A stretch of DNA of 63,466 nucleotides, counting the filler, from Sphingomonadaceae bacterium (GTDB lineage: Bacteria > Chloroflexota > UBA6077): assembly GCA_050261575.1 (NCBI GenBank). It is 4 parts of 4 records of this genome, joined end to end, with 100 filler letters (N's around TTAATTAATTAA, not from the genome) between each part and the next. Parts side by side here need not be neighbours in the genome. Positions count along the whole stretch, not along the records: positions 1 to 30,266 come from JBLNDL010000019.1; 3 more parts are not named here. One strand, written 5' to 3'. Every line of letters starts with the position of its first letter. Position 1 is the stretch's first letter. Positions 1 to 10,090 of this stretch are shown one piece after another. Under the pieces are notes generated by a model. The model saw nothing but the letters and a program-made list of their open reading frames with translations. It did no database searches and was not told the DNA's origin. Both the position numbers and the translations under genes were made by a program.

Positions 1-52
1 GAATGGGCCAGGCAGGCACCGAGTGGACCTCCTGGCATACCAAACCAGGATG

Positions 53-117
53 CCCTTCGGTAAGGTCCCTTTATGAGGCAACGAAGCCCCTTCGGTAAGA
101 TCTAATTGTGAGGCAAC
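53..117. repeat. Two tandem 30-bp imperfect direct repeats, CCCTTCGGTAA-N7-TTRTG-AGGCAAC (35-bp period)
   Basis: Copies at 53-82 and 88-117 share both arms and differ mainly in the central 7 nt. Confidence 0.8.
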
Positions 118-219
118 ACGCCCTTTCAAGACGATTTGTCTAACGAGATTCACCTTCTTCTTGCCGGCCTCGACCGGAGGTACTACAATCGCGCCATCCG
201 GCCACCTGTCTCACGTAGG

Positions 220-1095
220 ATGGAGGTGGCTTGTGAGGAGAGCCAGCCGGCGGCAGGCCTTGCCGCCGCCCCCATCCACCCTGCTTTGGGAGAGCCACCC
301 GTGCCCTGGGAACTCGACGACTCCGAGCCCCGAATAACCCCCGATGGGGCTCTCTCCTACTACGGCCGGCTGCTGGGCGGCCCCGAGGCGCTCGCTCTGC
401 CCGACCTGCTCGTGGCGACCTTCCAGCAGCAGGCGTTGCAGCACATGGTCGACCGCCTGGGCGCCGCCCCCCCTACTCGATGGCCCACCACTGTCTTCTG
501 GCCCCTCACCCGTGCTTCCCTCGACGGCCGAACCCTTGCGCTGGCCCGGATCCCCATCGGTGCCCCCGCGGCCGCCTCCGCCCTCGAACTTGCGATCGCG
601 GCGGGTGTGAGGACGGTCCTCGTGGTGGGATCGGCAGGCAGCCTCCAGCCCCATCTGCCGGTGGGCTCGCTGGCGATCCCCACCGCGGCGCTGAGGCACG
701 AAGGCACCTCCCATCACTACCTGCCCGCCGGTGAGCCCGCGGTGGCAACGAGCACGCTGGTCGATCGCCTCCTCTCCACCGCCCTCCGCCGAGGTGTCCC
801 CGCGCCCGCCGTGGGGCCCGTCTGGACCACCGACGCCATCTATCGCGAGTGCGCCGAGACCGTGGAACGCCACCGTGCGGCCGGGGTGCTCGCCGTGGAG
901 ATGGAGGCCGCCGCACTCTTCGCCGTCGCCAGCCACCGTGGAGCGCAGGTAGCCCTGATCGCCGCCATCTCCGACGAGCTGTGGGGCTCCTGGAAGCCCG
1001 GGTTCCACACCCTGGCCTACCGCCGGGCGCTCCTGACGGCAGCCGACATCGCACTGGAGACGGCTGCGGGGATCCCCATTCCCTTCAGCGCATAG
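220..1095 (+). CDS. Nucleoside phosphorylase (PNP/UDP family)
   Basis: Motifs GSAGSL, EGTSHHY, WTTDAIYRE, AVEMEAAALF and ISDEL. ATG at 220 preferred over TTG at 136. Confidence 0.85.
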   Translation: MEVACEESQPAAGLAAAPIHPALGEPPVPWELDDSEPRITPDGALSYYGRLLGGPEALALPDLLVATFQQQALQHMVDRLGAAPPTRWPTTVFWPLTRASLDGRTLALARIPIGAPAAASALELAIAAGVRTVLVVGSAGSLQPHLPVGSLAIPTAALRHEGTSHHYLPAGEPAVATSTLVDRLLSTALRRGVPAPAVGPVWTTDAIYRECAETVERHRAAGVLAVEMEAAALFAVASHRGAQVALIAAISDELWGSWKPGFHTLAYRRALLTAADIALETAAGIPIPFSA

Positions 1096-1319
1096 GGCGG
1101 GGCTTCACCCCCGCCGCCGGGCAGATTGCTGCAACGAGGCGGAAGGGGACGAGCCCCTGGCATCCCGCGCACGTCCCCGCCCCCCCCCCCCCGCGCCCGT
1201 ATTCGGTCCGCTTCTTGCATCTCCCCTCAGGACGAAAACCGAAGGATCGAGGGCCATCCGCCCGGCTCGTCGGCCTGGGAGGATGATCCAGAGACACTCA
1301 CGTCCACTCGAGGTAGCTC

Positions 1320-2642
1320 ATGTCGACCTTGCGAAGAGGCGGAGAGGACGTCGTACGACTGGGGACGGGCGACGACCTGAGAAGCTACCTGGATGCCCTG
1401 GCCGGCCACGGCCCCCAGCACGAAGCCGTCGTCGAGGTCGATCGCGACGACGATCTGACCTCCATCCGCAGCAAGCTCGAGGCTACACGACTCACCCGGG
1501 TCGTGCTGATCATCCCGAACAACGTGAAGGCGCTCAGAGACGGACTCGAGTTTCGAGTCCTGCGTCGTCTGCAGCGAGAGCTGGGGCTCGAGCTGGTGAT
1601 CGTCAGCGACGATCTGAATCGCCGCGGATACGCCAGAGAGAACGGCTTCCGCAACGTCCACGCGACCCTGAGGGGCTACTACGGCAGCAGGATCAACAGC
1701 CCTGACCGATCGGAAGACCTCGCCTTTACCGATCCCGAGGAGTTCTCCCCGTCTATAGGGATCAGTCGATGGGGGATACTCGTGGGCGCGATCCTGGCGG
1801 TGGTGCTGGCCGTGGCGGCCTACTTTGCAGTGCCCGTCGCCCGGGTGGTCGTCTACCCGGAGGCTCAAAGCATGGTGCGGGACGTGGAGGTGCTGGTGGA
1901 GGTGGGCGGTCCGCGAGTCGACTTCACCGCCCAGCGGCTCTCTGGCCGGGTGGTGGACACCAGGGTCCAGGTGAACGGCTCCATCGACGTGAGGTCCGTT
2001 CCCTCTCAGCCCGCGCCGGACGGAAACGTCACGGCCTTCAAGCCGGGAAGCGTCACCCTGGAGGTCCGCGATGCCCTCCGGCAGCAGATGCTCCAGCAGG
2101 CAACTCAACAGGCCATGGAGCAGTTGAGGAGCCAGTTGAAGAGCAACGAGTCGATGCCCGACCAGGCCATCCAGACCCAGATCGTCAGCGAGCGGTACGA
2201 CCGCAACATCGGCGATGCGTCGGAAAGCCTGGGCGGGACCCTGGAGATCCAGACCACCGGTCTCGTATTCAACAACGACGACTTCAACAGGCTGACTCTC
2301 TCCCTCTGGTTCCAGGATGTCCCTCGCGGCTTCCAGGCCGTGGGGAACCCGAAGCTCGATCCCCCGGCCGTCGTCAACGCCGAGGGACAGCACATGACGC
2401 TGCGAGTCCGGGCCTCCGGCCTGCTCCAGCGGGATCTGGACACCGGCGCGATCGCCGCGGAGGTGAGGGGAAAGAGCCCCGCCGAGGCCGAGAAGAGCCT
2501 GTCCGCCATGGCGGGCTTCGCCAGGCCGCCCGAGGTCACCCTCTGGCCCGATTGGGCCGGGCAGGCGTACCGGGTGCAGGTACGGACCCAGGCCGAGCTT
2601 CCAGCCAGCTCTCAAACGGGCTCGTCATCGGGCAATCGGTAG
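1320..2642 (+). CDS. Single-pass membrane protein, baseplate J/gp47-like type often seen in Chloroflexota
   Basis: Good RBS (GAGGT). N-terminal alpha/beta domain (EVDRDDDLTSIRSKL...VVLIIP), one TM helix, C-terminal EVTLWPDW motif. Family call is from recall. Confidence 0.55.
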   Translation: MSTLRRGGEDVVRLGTGDDLRSYLDALAGHGPQHEAVVEVDRDDDLTSIRSKLEATRLTRVVLIIPNNVKALRDGLEFRVLRRLQRELGLELVIVSDDLNRRGYARENGFRNVHATLRGYYGSRINSPDRSEDLAFTDPEEFSPSIGISRWGILVGAILAVVLAVAAYFAVPVARVVVYPEAQSMVRDVEVLVEVGGPRVDFTAQRLSGRVVDTRVQVNGSIDVRSVPSQPAPDGNVTAFKPGSVTLEVRDALRQQMLQQATQQAMEQLRSQLKSNESMPDQAIQTQIVSERYDRNIGDASESLGGTLEIQTTGLVFNNDDFNRLTLSLWFQDVPRGFQAVGNPKLDPPAVVNAEGQHMTLRVRASGLLQRDLDTGAIAAEVRGKSPAEAEKSLSAMAGFARPPEVTLWPDWAGQAYRVQVRTQAELPASSQTGSSSGNR

Positions 2643-2785
2643 CGAAGAAGCGGAACTGGGAGGGCCGAACGAGGCCACCCCGAGATCTGCGCGGCACACG
2701 TGGTCCGAAAGTACTTTCCACAGCAGCCCGATCCCTGGTATCATCTCCGTAAGATCCCCGCCCATTCTGCGCTAGGTGTGACTTC

Positions 2786-3520
2786 TTGGGTAAAGCAGAT
2801 CTCCACATCCACAGCAGCGTCAGCGACGGCATGGCCTCCGTCCCTGATATCATGCACTACGTTCAGGAGAACACCGACCTCGACCTGATAGCCATCGCCG
2901 ATCACGACCAGGTGGATGGGGCCCTGCAGGCGGCGGAGTGGGTGAAAAGCCACCCCGATTGCAGGTTTAGGGTGGTGGTAGCAACCGAGATAACCACCGC
3001 CCTCGGTAGACATCTCCTCGCCTACTTCTTCAGGCCGCCCTATCCAACCGAACCGTTCCCCAGAGGCAAGAGCTACCGGCACACCATCGGCCTCGTCCAC
3101 GAGATGGGCGGCCTCGTAGCGATTCCCCATCCCACCGTCCTATGGACCCCAAGCGGGGGCTACCGGCACATACTCTGGCTGCTGGGCGCGGGAGTGAGGA
3201 TCGACGGCATCGAGGTCTGCAACGCCGCCATCGGCGCTCGGGGCAACACCGACAAGATCCGGGTCTTCAACCGCAGAGACTTTCACCTCGGGGAGCTGGG
3301 CGGCAGCGACGCTCACCACCTTGCGCAGATCGGCTCGGCATTCACCTACTTCAAGGGTCGCTCTCCTCAGGACTTCGAGCGCTGCCTCCTTCACCGAAAG
3401 ACCAAGGCTCGCTTCGGCGAGGCGGGAACGGTGACCGTGGGTGAGCACCTCCGGCAGCTCTTCAAGAGCTGGGTGGAGAAGCCAACCAGGGGCCTTCGCG
3501 CGACCCTCGCGAACCGGTAG
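2786..3520 (+). CDS. PHP-domain phosphoesterase
   Basis: DLHIHS, ADHD, IPHP and GGSDAH motifs. TTG start. Confidence 0.85.
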   Translation: MGKADLHIHSSVSDGMASVPDIMHYVQENTDLDLIAIADHDQVDGALQAAEWVKSHPDCRFRVVVATEITTALGRHLLAYFFRPPYPTEPFPRGKSYRHTIGLVHEMGGLVAIPHPTVLWTPSGGYRHILWLLGAGVRIDGIEVCNAAIGARGNTDKIRVFNRRDFHLGELGGSDAHHLAQIGSAFTYFKGRSPQDFERCLLHRKTKARFGEAGTVTVGEHLRQLFKSWVEKPTRGLRATLANR

Positions 3521-3663
3521 CCGGGGCTGCCCTGCCCCTCCACCGCGCCACCAACCACGCCACGGCCGCGCGAAGACGGCGTGCCACCGTTACGCTCAGC
3601 GCTCGTCCTCGCTAGAGAGATCGTCGAGGATCTCAAACCCTACACGCACTGGGCCTACTCGGC

Positions 3664-3731
3664 GCCACCCCGAGCGGCAGCGAAGGGCCTCCCGCTGCGC
3701 GGGGAGATGCTCAGCTTCGCTCAGCACGACA
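3664..3731. repeat. Degenerate REP-like palindrome (GAGCG.CAGCGAAGG...AGATGCTCAGCTTCGCTCAGCACGAC)
   Basis: Intergenic imperfect inverted repeat resembling a widespread REP family. Confidence 0.45.
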
Positions 3732-3779
3732 GCGTTGTCGACCTCGCAGAGGTCCCACCGCACACGATGGAGGAAACGG

Positions 3780-5300
3780 ATGCACGTTCGGTCCATGGCT
3801 GGAACCTTTAGAGCCATCCTAGCTCTCGCGATCATCTCGGCCGCGGTCGCCCTCACCGCAGACTCGAATGGGGCCCACGCTCAGCAAGCGCCGACGGTCC
3901 TGATCTCACCCGCTTCTGCCGCCCCCGGAGACAGCGTGACCCTGCGTGGCACCGGATGGCCCGCTGGGGCGTCCCTCGTGGCCCGCCTGCACGACCCCAC
4001 CATCCCCGGTCGCAACTCTCCCCTGGGTGGCGCTCTGGAGGTCGGGGCCGACAGCGGCTTCTCTGGCCAGGCCACGGTGCCCAACACCCTGTTCGGAGGT
4101 GGAAGCCGCGGAGGCATCACGGTGGTCCCGGGCAGCTACTCGGTCACCGTGGTCGATAGTGGCACGGGACACTCCGCCAGTGCCGCATTCACGGTGGTGG
4201 CGCCCGCCGATAGCTCGCTCCTCTGGGGTGAGGTGGCCTTCGACACCAACCGCAACGGCCTCCGCGACGCAGAGGACGCCCCCGCCACTTGGGCAGCCTA
4301 CGTGGTGGCAACGGGGCCCAACCCGAACGGCCACGAACGGAAGTCCATGACCGATAGCATGGGCCGCTACCTGCTCAACCGAATCGAACCGGGAAGCTAC
4401 TCGGTGGGCACCACCGCTCGCTTCAGAGACGTGAATTGGACGGCGAGCGCGACGGTGGACCTGCGCCGGGGCCAGGCCATCAGGGTCGATCTTCTGCTCC
4501 ACCCGGCCTCTGGTTCGGTCCATCCCGAGCGCTACTTCCAGGAGACCGGCTTCGCCATCGACAACGACGCCTTCTGGGACTACTTCACCCACAGGGGCGG
4601 CGTTCGCACCCTGGGCTACCCCATCAGCCGTACATTCCAGTTCCAGGGATACCCCACCCAGTTCTTCCAGCGGTTGGTGCTTCAGGAGGTTCCGGGGCAG
4701 GGCATCCAGAGGCTGAACCTACTGGATCCGGGACTGCTCCCGTACACCCGCATCAACGGGAGCCAGTTCCCGTCCGTCGACGAGGAGGTCAAGCGTGCCG
4801 CCCCGCGGGTGGACGAGCCAGACTACGACCGGCGGGTGATCGATTTCGTCCGGCAGTACGCCCCCAACGAGGTGGACGACCGCCGGGTCGGCTTCTTCGA
4901 TGCCTTCGCGGGGACGGTCACGAGCCAGGACGCCTTCCCGGCTGGGGGTGGCCGCGAGGAGCTGCTACCCCTCCTGAATCTGGAAATCTGGGGGGTCCCG
5001 ACGAGCAGGCCCGTCCAGGACCCCAACAACTCCCAGTTCGCCTACGTGCGCTTCCAGCGAGGGATCATGCACTATCAGGGGCAGGATAGCCAGGGGAAAC
5101 CCGTCACCGAGGGGATCCTACTGGGAGACTGGTTCAAGAGCTTGATCACCGGCAACAACCTGCCCCCCGATCTGGAGGCGCAGGCGCAGGCCGACAACTC
5201 CCCCTTCCTGAGGCAATACGATCCCGGCAGCCCCAACTGGGTTGCCCGTCCGGACCAACTGCCAGGCACCAACCTCAGCTTCGCGTTCGAGAGGCAGTAG
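3780..5300 (+). CDS. Secreted protein with Ig/SdrD-B-like domains and a Chloroflexi-type YFxETG C-terminal domain
   Basis: RBS GGAGG before ATG 3780. Signal peptide ending AHA. FDTNRNGLRD motif, then RYFQETGF...LGYPISR...QFFQR. Confidence 0.7.
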   Translation: MHVRSMAGTFRAILALAIISAAVALTADSNGAHAQQAPTVLISPASAAPGDSVTLRGTGWPAGASLVARLHDPTIPGRNSPLGGALEVGADSGFSGQATVPNTLFGGGSRGGITVVPGSYSVTVVDSGTGHSASAAFTVVAPADSSLLWGEVAFDTNRNGLRDAEDAPATWAAYVVATGPNPNGHERKSMTDSMGRYLLNRIEPGSYSVGTTARFRDVNWTASATVDLRRGQAIRVDLLLHPASGSVHPERYFQETGFAIDNDAFWDYFTHRGGVRTLGYPISRTFQFQGYPTQFFQRLVLQEVPGQGIQRLNLLDPGLLPYTRINGSQFPSVDEEVKRAAPRVDEPDYDRRVIDFVRQYAPNEVDDRRVGFFDAFAGTVTSQDAFPAGGGREELLPLLNLEIWGVPTSRPVQDPNNSQFAYVRFQRGIMHYQGQDSQGKPVTEGILLGDWFKSLITGNNLPPDLEAQAQADNSPFLRQYDPGSPNWVARPDQLPGTNLSFAFERQ

Positions 5301-5389
5301 AGCAGGCGGGCCAGAGGCGCTTAGCAGGTATCTCCAGACAGAGTACACGCTTCCCGCTGGAGAAGTGGATATGAACTAGAGACACCTGC

Positions 5390-6481
5390 TTAGCCCTCGC
5401 GCAGCGCCTCCGCCAGTGCCTCCAGAGTCTGGGCCACCAACCTGTCGTCGGCCTGGGTGCCCATGTGTCCCAGTCGGAAAACCTTGCCGGCCAGCGGGCC
5501 GAAGCTCCCCCCTACCCCCACTCCGCGCCGCCGGAGGCGGCGGTCCAGCTCGGCCCACTCGATGGAGGATGGCACCTTCACGGCCGTCACGGTGGGCGAG
5601 CAGTACTCCTCCCTGCGGGGATAGATATCCAGTCCCAGATCCCGGAGCCCCTGCCGGCAGGCCGCGGCAACTCGCTGGTGGCGAGCCAGCACGGAATCCA
5701 GCCCCTCGTCCAGCAAGCGCCGGCAGGCAACCTCCAGGGCGGCTATGCCGTGCCAGTGGGGGGTGTAGGGGAAGAAGCGATTCCGCAGGGCATCACGCCA
5801 GGGAAGCAGCGCATCGTACCCCTGGTACCCCACCTCCTCGATCACGTCCCACGCCCGCGGACTCACCGCCACGATCGAGAGATCGGCAAGCGCCGACAGG
5901 CACTTCTGGGAGCCAACGAGGCAGAGGTCGATCCGCCAGTCGTCCGTGCGCAGCTCCGCCCCCGCGGCGCTCGAGACGGCATCCACGTAGAAGAGCGGCA
6001 CGCCGTGAGCGGCCACCAGCCCGCCGATCGCCCCCACCGGGTTCAACGTACCCGAGGGGGTCTCGCAGTGGACCACGGTCACCATCTTCGGCCGAAATCG
6101 CTCGATCGCCTCCCCGACCTTCTCGGGATCGGCAACGACGTCGTAGTCGAAGCCCACGGTCTCCACCTGGGCACCCATCGAACGCGCCATGTCCGCGATC
6201 CCGAATCCGAACAGCCCCGTCGCCACGGAGAGCACTCGGTCGCCGGGACGCAGACAGCTCCTGAGGGCTCCCCAGAGAGCCACCATCCCCTCTCCGGTCA
6301 TGATCGCCATCTGGTTTCGAGTCAGCAGCAGGCTGCGAAGGTGTCTCTCCACCTCCTCGTACAGGATGAAGAACTCCTCCTCCAGGTCGCTGGAGGCATA
6401 GTTGAACTGATAGGCCGCCAGCACCTCGGGGGGAGCCGAGGTGGGTCCAGGCACCATGGGGACTCTATAGCTGCGCATCAA
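5390..6481 (-). CDS. Class V PLP aminotransferase (serine-pyruvate/alanine-glyoxylate type)
   Basis: PGPT, VHCETPSG, VDAVSS, SQKCL (PLP lysine) and FRLGHMG motifs. Confidence 0.9.
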   Translation of the reverse strand: MMRSYRVPMVPGPTSAPPEVLAAYQFNYASSDLEEEFFILYEEVERHLRSLLLTRNQMAIMTGEGMVALWGALRSCLRPGDRVLSVATGLFGFGIADMARSMGAQVETVGFDYDVVADPEKVGEAIERFRPKMVTVVHCETPSGTLNPVGAIGGLVAAHGVPLFYVDAVSSAAGAELRTDDWRIDLCLVGSQKCLSALADLSIVAVSPRAWDVIEEVGYQGYDALLPWRDALRNRFFPYTPHWHGIAALEVACRRLLDEGLDSVLARHQRVAAACRQGLRDLGLDIYPRREEYCSPTVTAVKVPSSIEWAELDRRLRRRGVGVGGSFGPLAGKVFRLGHMGTQADDRLVAQTLEALAEALREG

Positions 6482-6548
6482 CGACCTCCTATTCCGTGTC
6501 CCTTCGCAGCGCCGCCTGGCGCGACCGGGGCAATGGGCACGACGACGC

Positions 6549-7352
6549 TCACTTGGCGCTAGAGTTGCCGCCGGTACGCAGGGTCAACTGGGCCGCGGGC
6601 GAGAAGACCCGCATCCGCAGAAACGCCAGGGTCACCACCGACGTCAGACCACCGGCGGCGAAGATCATCGCGAGAACCACGAACTGGTATATGGCGGCGT
6701 AGACGGGGTCGCTCCCCGAAAGGATCATTCCGGCCATCAGCCCCGGAATCCACACGATACCGAGGGTGCGCAGGTTGTCGATGCGTGGGATCAGGCTCGC
6801 CTCGACCGCCCGGTGTACGTATGGGGCGACCACGGCCTTCGGGTCCGCCCCAAGCGCCAGCCCGGCCTCGATCTGTCCGGCATGGGTTTCCACCTCCGCA
6901 CGGAAACGGTCCAGGGCAAGGGATGCGGAGTTCATGGCATTCGCCACGATCATGCTGCCCACCGGCACTAGGGAGGCGACGCTCATCTCGATCACGCCCA
7001 CCGCGGTCATCAGCAGGATCACCACCCCAGAGCCGATGGACACCCCCCACAGCGAGTCCCAGAATGCCCCGGGCAGCTTCTTAGCCCTCCGGCCTGAGGT
7101 CTCTGCCGCCGCGATCATCATCACGATCAGGATCAGCACACTGGTCCAGGTGGGGCCCTGCAGCATCACCATCAGCACCGCACCCACCAGGACCACCTGG
7201 ATCAGCCCCCGTGCCAGTGCCACCACCGATTCCCGCTCGATGTGAACCCCTCGCCACCTGGCCATCCACACCACCGCCAGGGCGAGAAGGCTGGCCATGG
7301 CTGCCTGTGTCAGCCCCAGTCTCACCTGGTCACTGAGGATCTCGCCGAACAT
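6549..7352 (-). CDS. fetB: ABC transporter permease, FetB/YbbM (UPF0014) family
   Basis: Multi-TM. IEAGLALGA, LGIVWIPGLMAGMILSG and AAIYQ motifs. Confidence 0.8.
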   Translation of the reverse strand: MFGEILSDQVRLGLTQAAMASLLALAVVWMARWRGVHIERESVVALARGLIQVVLVGAVLMVMLQGPTWTSVLILIVMMIAAAETSGRRAKKLPGAFWDSLWGVSIGSGVVILLMTAVGVIEMSVASLVPVGSMIVANAMNSASLALDRFRAEVETHAGQIEAGLALGADPKAVVAPYVHRAVEASLIPRIDNLRTLGIVWIPGLMAGMILSGSDPVYAAIYQFVVLAMIFAAGGLTSVVTLAFLRMRVFSPAAQLTLRTGGNSSAK

Positions 7353-8028
7353 GCGTCATCTCCTCGATCGTGCCGATCCTAACCATGCGCCCGTCCTGCA
7401 TCAACATCACCCGGTTCGCCATCCTGGCCGCCTGGGCCATATCGTGGGTGACGATCAGGCAGGTCAGCCCCTCCGAGCGCAGGATCCCGAGGATGAGCGC
7501 CTCCACCTCGCCCTTCGAGGCCTCGTCGAGCGCCGAAGTCGGCTCGTCCAGCAGCAGCACTTCCGGCGAGTTGGCCAGGGTTCGGGCCAGCGACACCCGC
7601 TGAGCCTCTCCCCCGGAGAGCGTGGCCACGTCCCGCCCCTGATACCCCGCCAGCCCGACCCGGCTCAGCCACCGCTCCACGTCCTCGCCCGACGTCTTCC
7701 CTCCCCGCTGCTCGGGGCCGAAACGTATGTTGCCGGCCACCGTCCCAGGAAACAGGAAGGGCTGCTGCGCCACCATGCCCACTCTCCGTCTGAGATCCCG
7801 AGGGTCGATGGTGCGGTAGTCGCGATCCCCCAGGAACACGGTCCCGCGCGTGGGCTCGTCCAACCTGTTCAACAACCGCAGGAAGGAGGTCTTTCCGGCG
7901 CCGCTCGGACCGACTACCGCGAGGACCTCTCCGCGGCAGACCTCTAACGTTATGTCTTCTACCAGCCGCTTCTCCCCAACGCTGCGGCTCAGATGCTCGG
8001 TGCGCAAACAGGTGGCGTCCATCTTCAT
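7330..8028 (-). CDS. fetA: ABC transporter ATP-binding protein, FetA/YbbL-like
   Basis: GPSGAGKT, LSGGEAQR and LLLDEPT motifs. Overlaps the permease. Confidence 0.8.
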   Translation of the reverse strand: MKMDATCLRTEHLSRSVGEKRLVEDITLEVCRGEVLAVVGPSGAGKTSFLRLLNRLDEPTRGTVFLGDRDYRTIDPRDLRRRVGMVAQQPFLFPGTVAGNIRFGPEQRGGKTSGEDVERWLSRVGLAGYQGRDVATLSGGEAQRVSLARTLANSPEVLLLDEPTSALDEASKGEVEALILGILRSEGLTCLIVTHDMAQAARMANRVMLMQDGRMVRIGTIEEMTHVRRDPQ

Positions 8029-8162
8029 CCGCTTCCTCGAAACCTACCCGTCCCCGCTTCGCGCGGCCGTGCCTACGACCCGGCTGAACGGATTCATACC
8101 ATACTCCAACAGGAACCCACTCGCCAATCCGCGCCGAAGACCAGGCATCCTGAACCTTCCTG

Positions 8163-8422
8163 GGCGCCATCAAGGCGATGCTCGCGCTCGCCCGACCCCC
8201 CAGGAGCACAACTCGTCGGCGGTCCAGGCGGCGATCGCGCAGGGTGCGGATTACCTCCTCGGCCGAGATCCCGCGGTGGCAGACCACCCGGCCGGGTGGG
8301 AGAACGCGAAGCCGAGCGGATCCGGGTTCAAACCCAGCTTTCCGCTCGGCTACGTATCCGACGTACTCCAGAATCTGGAAGCCCTCTACGGGCTGGGGCG
8401 GGCGAAGGGCGGCGGGGGATGA
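8163..8422 (+). pseudogene. Frameshifted internal fragment of a prenyltransferase/squalene-oxidase-repeat-like protein
   Basis: GAIKAMLALAR in one frame continues as AVQAAIAQGADYLL..DPAVAD.P..KPS...FPLGYVSDVLQNLEAL in another. No N- or C-terminus. Confidence 0.45.
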
Positions 8423-8447
8423 ACCCTCGCTCAGCGTCTCCCGCCGG

Positions 8448-9119
8448 TCACCTCACGACCCGATACCTCAGCCAGACGGTGTCTCCTTCCAGCCTCTCCA
8501 GGTGGATCAGCTCCAGAGAGATCACGCCCGCTCCTGCGGGAAGATCGGCTGCCCGGAAGATCGACCTGGACACCTCGCCGCCTACCAGGGCAGGGTGGAC
8601 CACCACGCTGACCTCGTCCACCAGGCCGGCCCGAAGGAGCACGCCGTTCAGGGTTCCGCCGCTGTCCGCCCTGACCGTCGCCACCCCGTAACGTGCATTG
8701 AGCTCCTCCAGCGCCGCGCGCAGATCCACCCGATCGTCGCCGGCCACGATGTACTCCACCCGTCGAGCCCGCAGGTATTCCAGATGCTCACTGGGGGTGG
8801 AACGGGAGCATAGCACCACAGCGTCCCGCCAGTAGGGCTGCCTCCGCAACCAGTTCCAGCCGCGGATCCTCCCTCGGCTGTCGGGGACGACCAGCAGTAC
8901 GCGCCTGTCCCCGGGGTCGGCCTTCGGGAGTTCTGGGTCGACCTCTTCCATTGCCGTCGCCTCTGCCCCGGCCGACTTCAGGATGGTCTCGCTTCCCGCG
9001 AGGGTGGCGTCCTCCTCCCAGGTGGCGACCAGGCCGTAGTACTGCCCCAGATTGGGCACGAACCCGTCGATACGCCCATCGAGGCTGACCACGTTGTGCA
9101 GGATCACTCTCGGTAGCAT
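8448..9119 (-). CDS. RibD C-terminal/dihydrofolate reductase family protein
   Basis: SLDGRID, VPDSRGR and GGTLN..LL.AGLVDE motifs. RBS GGAGG before ATG 9119. Confidence 0.85.
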   Translation of the reverse strand: MLPRVILHNVVSLDGRIDGFVPNLGQYYGLVATWEEDATLAGSETILKSAGAEATAMEEVDPELPKADPGDRRVLLVVPDSRGRIRGWNWLRRQPYWRDAVVLCSRSTPSEHLEYLRARRVEYIVAGDDRVDLRAALEELNARYGVATVRADSGGTLNGVLLRAGLVDEVSVVVHPALVGGEVSRSIFRAADLPAGAGVISLELIHLERLEGDTVWLRYRVVR

Positions 9120-9292
9120 CGCTAGCACCTCCCTGCGTTCTTCTGCGATCCCATCTTAGAACCTTGGTGGGCAAATGGAGGGTTGCCGATCTAAACGAGG
9201 ATCGCGTGCCCGGTGACCGACGAAGGGGGGGAAGACACTGGTGCCGTGAGGGGCGCGAAGGAGGGCACTGCAGGGGTCACTGTGATGGCCGG

Positions 9293-10090
9293 CTACCGCG
9301 GACGCTTCCGGATCATGCACTCCAACTGCGAGATCACATCCTCCGCCCGCCGCTCCTGCGCAGCCAGGGTCGTGAGCCAACGGTCCGTGCAGTGCACGGG
9401 GTCCTCTTCGTCCTCGGGTGGGGTGTCCAGGGCTCGGCGCAACTCTCCCAGCTCTCCTCGATCCAGGCGATGCATCATCCGAAGTATGGCCATCGCCCCG
9501 TACCCGGCGCTCCGAAGCACCCGGATCACCCGAAGCCTATTGATCTCAGTGCTACCGTAGAGCCGGTAGCCGTTGGCTGGGTCCCTAGGGACCCGAAGGA
9601 GACCGTTCCGCTCCCAGTTCCGAAGCGCGTCGGTAGTGGTTCCCAGAAGAGTGGCCGCCGCCCCGATCGGAAGAGGTTCGTCGGCACACCTCGGCATGGA
9701 ACCGCGCGCCCAATCCTCCAGGAGGTCCGCGGCAGCCTCCGCGTGAGCCCGCTCGGCCCGCACCTGAGACAGGTAGCGGCCGGCCAGGTCGAGCGCCCCC
9801 TCCAGATCACCTTCCACCGCCCGGCGCACCAATCCGAGGACCGGATCCTTCCCTCCCGGGTAGGGGAAGTGCAGCGCGGTCCTGGCCAGGCGCATCAGGT
9901 CGAGATGCTCGTCGGTGAACTGCCGGTAGCCCTTGGGGCTGCGAGGTATGGGCGGCAAGAAGCCCCAGACCTCGTAGAGCCGCACGGTGTTGGGATGCAC
10001 GCCCACCGCGCTGGCCACGTCGGACGTGCGCAGGTAGCCCCGTCCCCTGATCGGTCGCTCGTTTCGAGTGGCACGGGTGGGCCCCCTCAC
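9293..10090 (-). CDS. MerR-family regulator with two HTH domains
   Basis: RTSDVASAVGVHPNTVRLYE...GYRQF and IGAAATLLGTTTDALRNWE...NGYRLY. GTG start overlaps the MFS stop (GTGA). Confidence 0.85.
   Translation of the reverse strand: MRGPTRATRNERPIRGRGYLRTSDVASAVGVHPNTVRLYEVWGFLPPIPRSPKGYRQFTDEHLDLMRLARTALHFPYPGGKDPVLGLVRRAVEGDLEGALDLAGRYLSQVRAERAHAEAAADLLEDWARGSMPRCADEPLPIGAAATLLGTTTDALRNWERNGLLRVPRDPANGYRLYGSTEINRLRVIRVLRSAGYGAMAILRMMHRLDRGELGELRRALDTPPEDEEDPVHCTDRWLTTLAAQERRAEDVISQLECMIRKRPR

Noticed and set aside
53..117. Tandem repeat as a CRISPR array
   Set aside because: The units are only 5 nt apart and the variable part is internal and 7 nt long.
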